Program-made: the position numbers and the translations under genes
Assembly (NCBI GenBank): GCA_937879955.1
Contig: CALFMK010000001.1
Span: 361,853-425,852, forward strand
Length of the DNA stretch: 64,000 nt
Source: an uncultured bacterium
GTDB taxonomy: Bacteria; Patescibacteriota; Minisyncoccia; Phycocordibacterales; Phycocordibacteraceae
Reading direction: 5' to 3'
In this document: positions 37,291 to 45,758 of the stretch, piece after piece
Layout of the letters: the number at the start of each line of letters is the position of its first letter
Numbering within the stretch: the stretch's first letter is position 1
The notes under the pieces: model-generated
Database searches by the model: none
The model's input: only the letters and a program-made list of their open reading frames with translations
Told to the model about the DNA's origin: nothing

Positions 37291-38093
37291 CCTCGCGCAG
37301 ATGCCTTTCTGCACACCATGAGGAACGCATCGAGGACGAAGAGCTTCTCGGGCGGAGCTTCCTGTGAAAGGTACGGCAGGCGCGTGACGAGCACCGGGAC
37401 GAGTCCTGCAGGCCTGATCGCCGTCTCGTAGAAGTCGACGAGGTTCCGTTCCCACGACGCGTCCTCGATGGTGGCAATGCGCTCCTCGGGACGCGCACCA
37501 TGCTCGAGCACGCGCTGACGTATCGGCAGCGGGTCGCTCACGATGACGACGCCGTCGTCCTTGAGGAGGTCGATCGCATTCGAAAGCAGCGTCCGCGGAC
37601 GCGCACAACGGTCGAGGACGTTTAGTATCGATATCACGTCGAACGACTTTGGCTCGAACGAGGACACGCCGGATGAGAGATCGACATGCGCAGCGCGGAA
37701 CCCCTTACTCCGCAGACGGCGTACCATGGAACGCGACGTCTCCGCTGTCACGATGTCGGGGAACAATCCGCGCGCTCTCTCTGTGACGAATCCCTGCCCT
37801 GCCCCGACGTCGAGCAAGGACCCTCCCCGGAGCAGCTCCGGCACGACACGCTTCCATTGCGCCTCGCTCATGAGATGCATCGGATACATGGCGAGAAGCC
37901 CGTGCACCTCGTACGGAGGCAGGAATCTATAGAGGAGCGTGCTCAGCAGCTCTTCCATCCTGCTCAAGGGACGACGCTCGCATGACGCGACGAAATCCTC
38001 AAGCTCCTGGTCCATACCGAACTCGACCGCTACGGATGCGAGCTCAGGTGGAAGCAGGGACGTATCTATGCGGTATTCAAAAGCGCGGTCCAA
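37284..38093 (-). CDS. class I SAM-dependent methyltransferase
   Basis: Motif I LLDVGAGQG, an acidic loop, and motif post-I DIVTAE. Confidence 0.65.
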   Translation of the reverse strand: MDRAFEYRIDTSLLPPELASVAVEFGMDQELEDFVASCERRPLSRMEELLSTLLYRFLPPYEVHGLLAMYPMHLMSEAQWKRVVPELLRGGSLLDVGAGQGFVTERARGLFPDIVTAETSRSMVRRLRSKGFRAAHVDLSSGVSSFEPKSFDVISILNVLDRCARPRTLLSNAIDLLKDDGVVIVSDPLPIRQRVLEHGARPEERIATIEDASWERNLVDFYETAIRPAGLVPVLVTRLPYLSQEAPPEKLFVLDAFLMVCRKASARGI

Positions 38094-38110
38094 CGCGCGC
38101 AGTATAGCTC

Positions 38111-38827
38111 ATGGAATCCTTAGGATCGCGCGCGTATCATGGTCCGGCCATGGACCATGACTGGAACCTCTCGCCCCGGGACGCCATAGCCCTCCAGAAG
38201 AAGCTCAAGGACGAGGTGCGGCTCGTGCCGCTCGCCAAGGAGCCTCTCCTCCTCGGCGGCTGCGACGTATCCATGAACCGTTTCGCCAAGGAAGGGTTCG
38301 CAGGGTTCGTGACGCTCACCTATCCGGAGCTCGCCGTGATAGACCATGCAGTCGCGAAGGATACGATCCCCTTCCCGTACGTGCCCGGCCTCCTCTCCTT
38401 CCGCGAGATACCGATGCTCATGAAGGCCTGGGAGAAACTCGAGACGAAGCCGGACGTGCTCCTGGTGGATGGTATCGGCATCGCGCATCCGCGCCGGCTC
38501 GGCATCGCCTCGCATCTCGGGCTCATGCTTGCCATCCCGACCGTCGGCTGCGCGAAGAGCGTGCTCACCGGATACCATGACGAGCCCGGGCCAGAGCCCG
38601 GGGACGTCGCGCGCCTCATAGATCCGAAGACCGGCGAGGTTATCGGCGCGGCGCTCCGCACGAAGCGCAACGTGAAGCCGATGTTCATCTCTCCCGGGCA
38701 CCTCATAACCCTCGAGGATGCCGTCCGGCTCGTGATGCGGTGCGTACGCGCGCACCGCCTCCCCGAGCCCACGAGGCAGGCGCACGACACCGTGAACGCG
38801 TACCGGCTCGAGGACATGGGCTCCTGA
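38111..38827 (+). CDS. nfi: endonuclease V (deoxyinosine 3' endonuclease)
   Basis: Conserved GGCDVS, LVDGIGIAHPRRLGIASHLGL and PTVGCAKS blocks. An alternative start at 38150 is possible. Confidence 0.8.
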   Translation: MESLGSRAYHGPAMDHDWNLSPRDAIALQKKLKDEVRLVPLAKEPLLLGGCDVSMNRFAKEGFAGFVTLTYPELAVIDHAVAKDTIPFPYVPGLLSFREIPMLMKAWEKLETKPDVLLVDGIGIAHPRRLGIASHLGLMLAIPTVGCAKSVLTGYHDEPGPEPGDVARLIDPKTGEVIGAALRTKRNVKPMFISPGHLITLEDAVRLVMRCVRAHRLPEPTRQAHDTVNAYRLEDMGS

Positions 38828-38864
38828 TTCGTCTTCGCGCGCCATACCTGGTATACAAGAAGCA

Positions 38865-39722
38865 ATGCCTAAGCCTCTCAAGATCGTCCTTTTCTCAGCA
38901 CTCGTCCTGTTCGCCGGGATCGGCCTCCTCTTCACCGGCGTGTTCGTCGCGATGCAGTTCGGCCTCCTGAACGTGCGCGGCAACATACTCGACCGGAACG
39001 CCTTCTTCGATCAGGGCACCTCGACCCCGGCCGCAGCCGTGAAGAGCCAGCCGTGCATAGCCGCAGGCGAGGATTCCTGCGCATGGAACGAGACCCCTGA
39101 GTGGGACGTGGTCGAGGGCGGGATCCGGAAGGACGAGGCGGTCATCAAGCGCGTCGCCGCGGAGACCGGTGTCGATGCCCGCCTCATCATCGCGAGCGCC
39201 ATCCCCGAGCAGATCCGCTTCTTCACCTCCGAGCGCGAGGTCTTCAAGCGCTACTTCGAGCCGCTCAAGATCCTCGGCTCCCTCTCGCAGTTCTCGCTCG
39301 GCGTGTCCGGCATCAAGCAGGAGACCGCGCGGCTCGTAGAAGAGTACGCGTACGACACGAGCTCTCCGTTCTACCCAGGACCCGAGGCCGGCCGCCTCCT
39401 CGCCTACAGCGACCCGGTCGACAAGGACGGACAGCTCTATCGCCGCCTCACCGACGAGAAGGACCACTACTACTCCTACCTCTACACGGCGATCTATCTC
39501 AAGGAGATCGAGGCGCAGTGGAGGAACGCGGGATTCGATATCAGCGACGATCCGTACGCGCTCGTGACGCTCTTCAATATCGGCTTCGGAAACTCCGTAC
39601 CGAAGGCGGACCCGATGGCCGGCGGCGCCGCTATCACGGTAGGCGGACGCACCTACGCGTTCGGACAGCTCGGCGGTGACTTCTACACCTCCGACGAGCT
39701 TACGGACATCTTTCCGCGCTAG
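38865..39722 (+). CDS. membrane-anchored hypothetical protein
   Basis: N-terminal TM plus extracytoplasmic domain with good codon bias. No family recognised. Confidence 0.45.
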   Translation: MPKPLKIVLFSALVLFAGIGLLFTGVFVAMQFGLLNVRGNILDRNAFFDQGTSTPAAAVKSQPCIAAGEDSCAWNETPEWDVVEGGIRKDEAVIKRVAAETGVDARLIIASAIPEQIRFFTSEREVFKRYFEPLKILGSLSQFSLGVSGIKQETARLVEEYAYDTSSPFYPGPEAGRLLAYSDPVDKDGQLYRRLTDEKDHYYSYLYTAIYLKEIEAQWRNAGFDISDDPYALVTLFNIGFGNSVPKADPMAGGAAITVGGRTYAFGQLGGDFYTSDELTDIFPR

Positions 39723-40020
39723 ATTCCTTCACGCGCGCCTCATGCGCGAGCTCGTACCCTTCGAGGGTATGGAACGTCGATTACAGAGACCGAGCATAGA
39801 AGCGCGCCTCTCCCGCAGGCATCAGAACGTAGACGTGCATCCTGTCGCGAAGCGGCTCAGTGCCATTCCGGTCCTTGGCCGGATCGTTTCGGCCTGGATT
39901 CAGGCGACGCACAGCGAGGGACCGGCACGCCGCTGGGCATCCTTGCCGCCATTCGCCGCAGCGTAGCGCAATACGCGGTAGAATGTACGGAGCCGTAACG
40001 GCATAACCTTTCGCCTGCCT

Positions 40021-40506
40021 ATGAATACGAAGACCGCCTGGATCGCCCTTATCATCATCGTCATACTCGCTCTCGGAGCCTGGTACGCGCTCTCGCCGAA
40101 GCAAGCCGCTGCCCCGACCGATAGCGCAGCCATGCAGGAAAACACCATGAACGCTGACGCCCCGGTAGAAGAAGATGGCGGCCCAGCCTTCACCGTCGTG
40201 ACGCTCACCGACGCTGGATTCTCCCCTGCTACCGTGACGGTCGCCGTCGGCGAGACCGTCCGCTTCGTGAACGAGTCCTCGCGCGGCATGTGGATAGGAT
40301 CGAACGACCATCCGACGCACACCCAGTACGACGGCACCTCCACCCGTGAGCACTGCGCGGACGGCGCGAGCACGAACGGCACGTTCGACCAGTGCGCATC
40401 CGCGAACAAGGGCGACTACTGGGACTACACGTTCGAGAAGGCCGGGACGTTCGGCTTCCATAACCACGTCGGCGCCTCGAACACCGGCACCGTCATCGTG
40501 AAGTAG
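40021..40506 (+). CDS. membrane-anchored cupredoxin-like beta-sandwich protein (tentative)
   Basis: TM anchor, then TVTVAVGETVRFVN.S...H.H..G..GTVIV, which resembles plastocyanin/EfeO-type cupredoxin strands. Confidence 0.35.
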   Translation: MNTKTAWIALIIIVILALGAWYALSPKQAAAPTDSAAMQENTMNADAPVEEDGGPAFTVVTLTDAGFSPATVTVAVGETVRFVNESSRGMWIGSNDHPTHTQYDGTSTREHCADGASTNGTFDQCASANKGDYWDYTFEKAGTFGFHNHVGASNTGTVIVK

Positions 40507-40507
40507 C

Positions 40508-40882
40508 ATGGTGAATCCTCTACGCCTCCCACTCCCCGGGCTCGTGATGCGGCTCGCGGTCGCCTTCAGCTTCGTCTACCCCGCGGTCTCCGCATACTTC
40601 GACCCCTACGCCTGGATCGGGTACTTCCCCGGATTCCTCCTCACGCTCGCCGGCGGCCACGACCTCGTCCTCCTGCATGCATGGGGACTCTTCGAGATAG
40701 CGCTCGCGCTCTGGGTGCTCTTCGGAACGCGCGTCTACGTCCCGGCGATCATCATGGCGCTCGCGCTCGTGGCGGTCGTCGTCGCGAATCCGGACCAGTT
40801 CCCTATCCTCTTCCGCGACCTCTCCATCGCGCTCGCGGCGATCTCGCTCGCGCTCGTAAACAAGAAGAAGCATGGCGGCTAG
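40508..40882 (+). CDS. small polytopic membrane protein (DoxX-like size and topology)
   Basis: Four hydrophobic segments in 124 aa. The call is weak. Confidence 0.35.
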   Translation: MVNPLRLPLPGLVMRLAVAFSFVYPAVSAYFDPYAWIGYFPGFLLTLAGGHDLVLLHAWGLFEIALALWVLFGTRVYVPAIIMALALVAVVVANPDQFPILFRDLSIALAAISLALVNKKKHGG

Positions 40883-41303
40883 AGAGCGCACGGCGGGCGG
40901 GATCGTGCTCGGCGACTCGGGGACCGTCGCCATGGTCCGTCGCTCCGACGCCTGGCTCTTCCCGAAGGGGCACGTCGAGGAGGGCGAGACGGACGAACAG
41001 GCCGCGCGCCGCGAGATAGCCGAAGAGACCGGACTCGCGAACCTGGAGCTCATCGATGACCTCGGCAGCTACGAGCGTTACGCCATCACGAAGGAAGGCA
41101 CGGATGACTTAGAGCGCATGAAGGAGATACACATGTTCCTGTTCGCCGCAGAGCCGCATGCGGAGCTCGCACCGAGCCATGAGATAGCAGAGGCGCGCTG
41201 GGTCTCCTTCTCCCGTCTCATAAGCGAGATCGGGAACGCGAAGGATAAGGCGTGGTTCACCACCGTCTTCGAGCGCGTGCGGCACGCGATACAGCGCGAT
41301 TAG
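40872..41303 (+). CDS. NUDIX hydrolase
   Basis: Nudix box GHVEEGETDEQAARREIAEETG. Confidence 0.8.
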   Translation: MAARERTAGGIVLGDSGTVAMVRRSDAWLFPKGHVEEGETDEQAARREIAEETGLANLELIDDLGSYERYAITKEGTDDLERMKEIHMFLFAAEPHAELAPSHEIAEARWVSFSRLISEIGNAKDKAWFTTVFERVRHAIQRD

Positions 41304-41307
41304 GCAA

Positions 41308-41335
41308 GGCGCCGGTCTGAAACCGGCGCTTTTGC
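41308..41335 (+). terminator. intrinsic terminator (GGCGCCGGT-CTGAAA-CCGGCGC plus TTTTG)
   Basis: GC-rich hairpin and T-run immediately 3' of the NUDIX gene. Confidence 0.65.
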
Positions 41336-41362
41336 TTCAGTACAGGAACGTATCTAACCGAA

Positions 41363-41887
41363 CTAGGACGCGCACGTGGGCGAGAAGTACGATATGTCGA
41401 GATTAATATTGTCATTCCTGGTCGGCGACCCGCTCGATCCATGCAGCCCGTCCGGTCCGGCCGAGAATACGATGTCCTTCCTGCAATTGCCGCTCTCAAG
41501 CTCGTTCTCATCAATAAGATAGACATTCCCCCATGGATCCCTGAATCCGCTCGCGATGAACGCGTCCAGCATGCCTCCGGATGCGGTGTTTATCTTCCCG
41601 AACTGCGTCTGCATGAACGAGATGCAGCTTGCGCTATTTATATTTGCGTCGATGCATGCACCTGCGCTGTTGCCGGAGCCGGTTAGGTCGGAAAGTATCT
41701 TCCCGCTACTCAGTCGCGCCTGATCTATGGCAAGCGCAACCTGGCGCAGAGCCTGCCTGGTCGCTGCCACGCGAGCGCGTTCGCGGGCGGTCGACAAGGA
41801 CGCGAGCACCACCGCAGACAGCACGCCGATGATCGCGATCACCACGAGGAGCTCGATGAGGGTGAAGGCGCGGTATGCGGATCTCAT
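41363..41887 (-). CDS. type IV pilin-like protein (tandem paralogue A)
   Basis: N-terminus YRA-FTLIELLVVIAIIGVLSAVVLASLSTARERAR. The C-terminus has GFRDPWGNVY and a Cys pair. Start set at MRSAYRA. Confidence 0.7.
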   Translation of the reverse strand: MRSAYRAFTLIELLVVIAIIGVLSAVVLASLSTARERARVAATRQALRQVALAIDQARLSSGKILSDLTGSGNSAGACIDANINSASCISFMQTQFGKINTASGGMLDAFIASGFRDPWGNVYLIDENELESGNCRKDIVFSAGPDGLHGSSGSPTRNDNINLDISYFSPTCAS

Positions 41888-41940
41888 GCGTCTAATGATA
41901 CCAGAGGCGTCCTTTCGTTCAGGTTCGACCAGGAAGACTA

Positions 41941-42468
41941 TCAGGATGCGCACGTAGGCGAGAAGAAGGAGAGATACAAATTGATATTATCGAGACGCGT
42001 CGGCGAGCCGCTCCCTCCATGGATACCGTCGGGTCCGGCGGAGAAGACCAGGTCCTTAGTACTACAGGAGCCATTCTCAAGCTCGTTCTCATCGAAGAGG
42101 TAGACGTTCCCCCACGGATCCCTGAAACCGCTCGCGATGAACGCGTCGAGCATGCCTCCAGATGCCACATTTATCTTGGTAAATTGCGCTTGCATGTTTG
42201 CAAGACATCCCGCGCTATTCATATTCGGATCAACACAAGCAGCCGCGCTGTAGGTTGAATTAGTAATATCTTTCAATACCATGCCGCTCTGAAGACGCGC
42301 CTGATCTATGGCGATAGCCACCTGGCGCAAGGTCTGCTTCGCAGAAGCGGTCCGCGCGCGGTCGCGGGCGGTCGACAAGGACGCGAGCACCACCGCAGAC
42401 AGCACGCCGATGATTGCGATCACCACGAGGAGCTCGATGAGGGTGAAGGCGCGGTATGCGGATCTCAT
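41941..42468 (-). CDS. type IV pilin-like protein (tandem paralogue B)
   Basis: About 70% identical to paralogue A across the full length, with an identical N-terminus and C-terminal SPTCAS. Confidence 0.7.
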   Translation of the reverse strand: MRSAYRAFTLIELLVVIAIIGVLSAVVLASLSTARDRARTASAKQTLRQVAIAIDQARLQSGMVLKDITNSTYSAAACVDPNMNSAGCLANMQAQFTKINVASGGMLDAFIASGFRDPWGNVYLFDENELENGSCSTKDLVFSAGPDGIHGGSGSPTRLDNINLYLSFFSPTCAS

Positions 42469-42492
42469 GCGTCTAATGATACCAGAAGCGTA

Positions 42493-43656
42493 TTAGCGGA
42501 TGGCCTTCGCCACCGCCGGCACCACCCGCTTGTCGAGCACGTCCGGGATGATTTTCTTCGCGACCGGCTTCTCGACGAGCGCCGCGAGCGCCTTCGCTGC
42601 TTTCAGCTTCATCTCCTGCGTTATGGCGGAGACGCCGCGGTCGAGCGCGCCTCGGAACACGCCCGGGAACACGAGCGCGTTATTTATCTGGTTCGGGAAA
42701 TCGGACCGTCCTGTCGCGACGACGGCAGCACCGCCCTTCAGGGCCTCGTCCGGCATGATCTCAGGGACCGGGTTCGAGAGCGCGAAGACGATACTATCTG
42801 CGGCCATGGTCCTGATATCCTCGCTCGTGAGGAGACCGGGGCCTGAGACGCCGATGAACACGTCGCTCCCGGCGAGCGCCGTGCGCAGGTCTCCGGAGAC
42901 CTTCCTCGGATTCGTGAGGACCGCGAGCTCCTGCTTGCTGTGATTGAGGTCGGGACGTCCCTCGTAGATCGCGCCGCCGCGGTCGAGCATCACGATGTCG
43001 TCGATACCGGCCGCCTTGAGGAGCTTCGCGGTCGCGACGCCGGCGGCGCCTGCGCCAGAGATCACGACCCGCAGCTTCTTGAACGTCTTCCCCACCACCT
43101 TCGCGGCGTTGATGAGCCCGGCGAGCACGACGATGGCGGTGCCGTGCTGGTCGTCATGCATGACCGGGATGTTGAGCGCCTCGACGAGACGCTTCTCGAT
43201 CTCGAAGCACTGCGGCGCCTTGATGTCCTCGAGGTTGATGCCGCCCCAGCCCGGCGCGATGGCGAGCACGGTCCGGACGATCTCGTCCGGGTCCTGCGTA
43301 TCGAGGACGATCGGCCATGCGTCGATACCGGCGAGCTCGCGGAATATGAGCGCCTTACCCTCCATCACCGGCAACGCGCCATAGGGCCCTATGTTCCCGA
43401 GCCCGAGCACCGCGGAGCCGTCCGAGATGACAGCGACGCTGTTCTTCTTCACGGAAAGGTTCCGGGTATCCTCCGGATGCGCTGCGAGGTGTGTGGACGC
43501 CACGCCGACGCCGGGCGTGTAGTAGAGCGACATCGCCTCCTTGCTCGACAGCTTCACGCGTCCTCGGGTCTCTATCCTCGCGCCGGTCTTCTTGAAGGCA
43601 GCGATGATCTGGGCCGGGGTCTTCTTTGCGGGAGCGGTCTTCTTCGGCGTTGGCAT
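42493..43656 (-). CDS. maeB: NAD(P)-dependent malic enzyme (malate dehydrogenase, oxaloacetate-decarboxylating)
   Basis: Malic-enzyme N-domain (YTPGVG) and an NAD-binding domain (GAGAAG). Confidence 0.8.
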   Translation of the reverse strand: MPTPKKTAPAKKTPAQIIAAFKKTGARIETRGRVKLSSKEAMSLYYTPGVGVASTHLAAHPEDTRNLSVKKNSVAVISDGSAVLGLGNIGPYGALPVMEGKALIFRELAGIDAWPIVLDTQDPDEIVRTVLAIAPGWGGINLEDIKAPQCFEIEKRLVEALNIPVMHDDQHGTAIVVLAGLINAAKVVGKTFKKLRVVISGAGAAGVATAKLLKAAGIDDIVMLDRGGAIYEGRPDLNHSKQELAVLTNPRKVSGDLRTALAGSDVFIGVSGPGLLTSEDIRTMAADSIVFALSNPVPEIMPDEALKGGAAVVATGRSDFPNQINNALVFPGVFRGALDRGVSAITQEMKLKAAKALAALVEKPVAKKIIPDVLDKRVVPAVAKAIR

Positions 43657-43698
43657 GAGCGAGAAAGGATTAGCGCGTATGCGCGCAGTATCCCACGC

Positions 43699-45255
43699 CT
43701 AACTCGCCGCTGTCGAACACGCCTTCTGAAGGGCTGCCTTGGTCGCAGGACCGACGAGACCGTAGGATGCAGATGATGCCGTCGTGACCTTCTGCTGCAC
43801 CTGGAAGCGCTTCACGGCGGCGAGCGTCGCCGTACCGAAGTAGCCCGTGACCTTCCCTTCCGGATAGACGCTTGGGTCCTTCGCGAGGATCTGCTGGAGG
43901 CGCGTCACTTCGCCGTTGGTGTCCGCGTCGGTCGCCTCAGGCGCAAGCGAACTCGCGAACGCTGTACAGGTACCGGCTGACGCAGCAGGCGCACGCGCGA
44001 CCGATGCTGCGGGCGACTCCGTGGTGGCCAGGCCGTACGCGGTATTGAGCGCGCTTCGGGTCGCGTGATCGAGCGTGCCCGTCTGCACGATGCCCCTCGC
44101 CGCCTGAAAGGCCTTTATGGACGCGGGCGTACATACATTCATGAGCCCGGATACCGGACACACCGCGAGCGAAGACTCGGTGCCAGGATAGAAGCCCTGG
44201 TCACGGAGCGCGGCTTGCAGCGCATAGAGCCCGCGACTATCGGCGCTCGAGGACGCCGTAACGTCGGTCGTGAACTGGTACGGCAGGATGCTCGTACCGA
44301 AGCGGGGGCGGGCGGCGGAGCCGAAGAAATCCTTCACGCCGAGCGCGGTCGCATACGCGTAATCGGCGAAGACCTGCTCGCGCGCGCCGTCCGTGATGCG
44401 CGGTTCGTAGATATAGCCGTACTCGATGAGGAGGCTCGGCATGCTCGCCGTGTTGTACGCGCCGATGGCGATGAGCTCGCGGTCTTCCACGATACCCCTG
44501 GTCTCGAGGCCCGAGGTCGAGGTCGCGGTGTACGCGTTCAGGCGTTCGAATATGGGCTCCGCGATCGCCTTGGACGCCTTCGCGTTCCCGTAGATGCTGT
44601 CAGGCACGTAGATCGCGAGCCCGGTATGGTCGCCGGCCGCGTCAGCAGCATGACTCGTCTCGTCGTTGAGATGCAGGTGCAGTACGAGGTCGACGTCGTT
44701 CTCGTCCGCCCATTTCGATACGCCGTAGAGACGCAGCGCCACGTCCGAACGCGCCTCGTTGTGCGCGGCCTGCTCCTCGTTCTCCTTGATCCTCCCGCGC
44801 TTCTCGAGCTTCTCCATGGCTTTCTTGTGTTCGTCCACGAAACGCTCGATTTTCTTGCCCTGCCGGTCGAAATAGTATTCGAAATCGTCGTTCCATCCGG
44901 CGTTCCCGCGCGCGACGAGCACCTCGAGGTTCGGGTCGGTGCGCAGCTCGGTCGCGAGCTTCTCCGCGATGTCGACCGCGAACTCGCGCTCGTAGAAGCC
45001 CTTGTACTCGGCGCCGCCGAAATCAGGCTCATGGCCCGGCATGATGAGGATGCGCACCTTCTCGCCGCCGGCTGCGGCCTCCGCGTAGGCTTCGGCCAGA
45101 TCGTCGGCACTCACGGTCTCCGGGAACGCGGTCTTCGACGACTTCTTGGTCGCAGCCTCGAGCATGTGCGCGCTCGGCACGAACGCGATACTAGCAAGAA
45201 GCGCTACGGAAAGGATACGGGGAAAGAAGGTGCTCATATGGAGATACCGTAGCAT
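43699..45255 (-). CDS. N-acetylmuramoyl-L-alanine amidase (Amidase_3) with two C-terminal peptidoglycan-binding domains
   Basis: ILIMPGHEPDFGGAE, LHLHLN and E residues of the Zn amidase, plus two PG_binding_1-like repeats (L.ALRDQGFYPG; LQQILAKDPSVYPEG). Confidence 0.75.
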   Translation of the reverse strand: MLRYLHMSTFFPRILSVALLASIAFVPSAHMLEAATKKSSKTAFPETVSADDLAEAYAEAAAGGEKVRILIMPGHEPDFGGAEYKGFYEREFAVDIAEKLATELRTDPNLEVLVARGNAGWNDDFEYYFDRQGKKIERFVDEHKKAMEKLEKRGRIKENEEQAAHNEARSDVALRLYGVSKWADENDVDLVLHLHLNDETSHAADAAGDHTGLAIYVPDSIYGNAKASKAIAEPIFERLNAYTATSTSGLETRGIVEDRELIAIGAYNTASMPSLLIEYGYIYEPRITDGAREQVFADYAYATALGVKDFFGSAARPRFGTSILPYQFTTDVTASSSADSRGLYALQAALRDQGFYPGTESSLAVCPVSGLMNVCTPASIKAFQAARGIVQTGTLDHATRSALNTAYGLATTESPAASVARAPAASAGTCTAFASSLAPEATDADTNGEVTRLQQILAKDPSVYPEGKVTGYFGTATLAAVKRFQVQQKVTTASSASYGLVGPATKAALQKACSTAAS

Positions 45256-45306
45256 GAGGGGTATATCCCCAGTCTCGCCCGCGGCGCGTGATGCGCGCGT
45301 GAAGCC

Positions 45307-45684
45307 CTAGCGATCCTTCTTCGGATGCACGAACACCTTCGCGACGCAGGTCGTCCTGCCGCCGGGTCCCTCGAACGTCATCGGGAACTCGTGCTTGCCG
45401 AGGAACGCGATGGCGACGCGCTGGCGACCCTTCGTCGGCCACACCTTCTCGTCGCGCGTGAGCCCGGTCATGCTCGTCGCGTTCTTGCTCTCCCAGACGA
45501 TCTCCGTCACGGAACCCGAGGTCATGACCCTCTTCGTCGAGCGCACCTCGCAGGTCGGCGGTGCCTTCACGATCGTGATGCTCTTCACGGAAAGCGTGAG
45601 CGGGGTCGTCGTCGCCGCATGCGCAGGCAGAGCTGCGAGGAAGAGTATCGGCACGAACAGGAGCGCGCGGTATCGGTTGGTCAT
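45307..45684 (-). CDS. secreted hypothetical protein
   Basis: Signal peptide ending AHAAT. No family recognised. Confidence 0.45.
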   Translation of the reverse strand: MTNRYRALLFVPILFLAALPAHAATTTPLTLSVKSITIVKAPPTCEVRSTKRVMTSGSVTEIVWESKNATSMTGLTRDEKVWPTKGRQRVAIAFLGKHEFPMTFEGPGGRTTCVAKVFVHPKKDR

Positions 45685-45758
45685 GGGTATATGAGAGCAC
45701 GACAGGGGCGAGAATGCCAGATGCGGGCTGAAACGGCTGGACGGTATACTGGAGCGGC

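Noticed and set aside
39723-40020. 300-bp gap with a small TACCCTTCGAGGGTA palindrome and an Arg-rich 96-aa ORF (39676..39966)
   Set aside because: The ORF overlaps the upstream gene's end and is Arg-rich with poor coding character. The palindrome is short. There is no strong evidence for a gene or RNA.
44065-45252. 395-aa plus-strand ORF antisense to the amidase gene
   Set aside because: Arg/Gly/Glu-rich antisense frame. The minus-strand amidase and its PG-binding domains are convincing.
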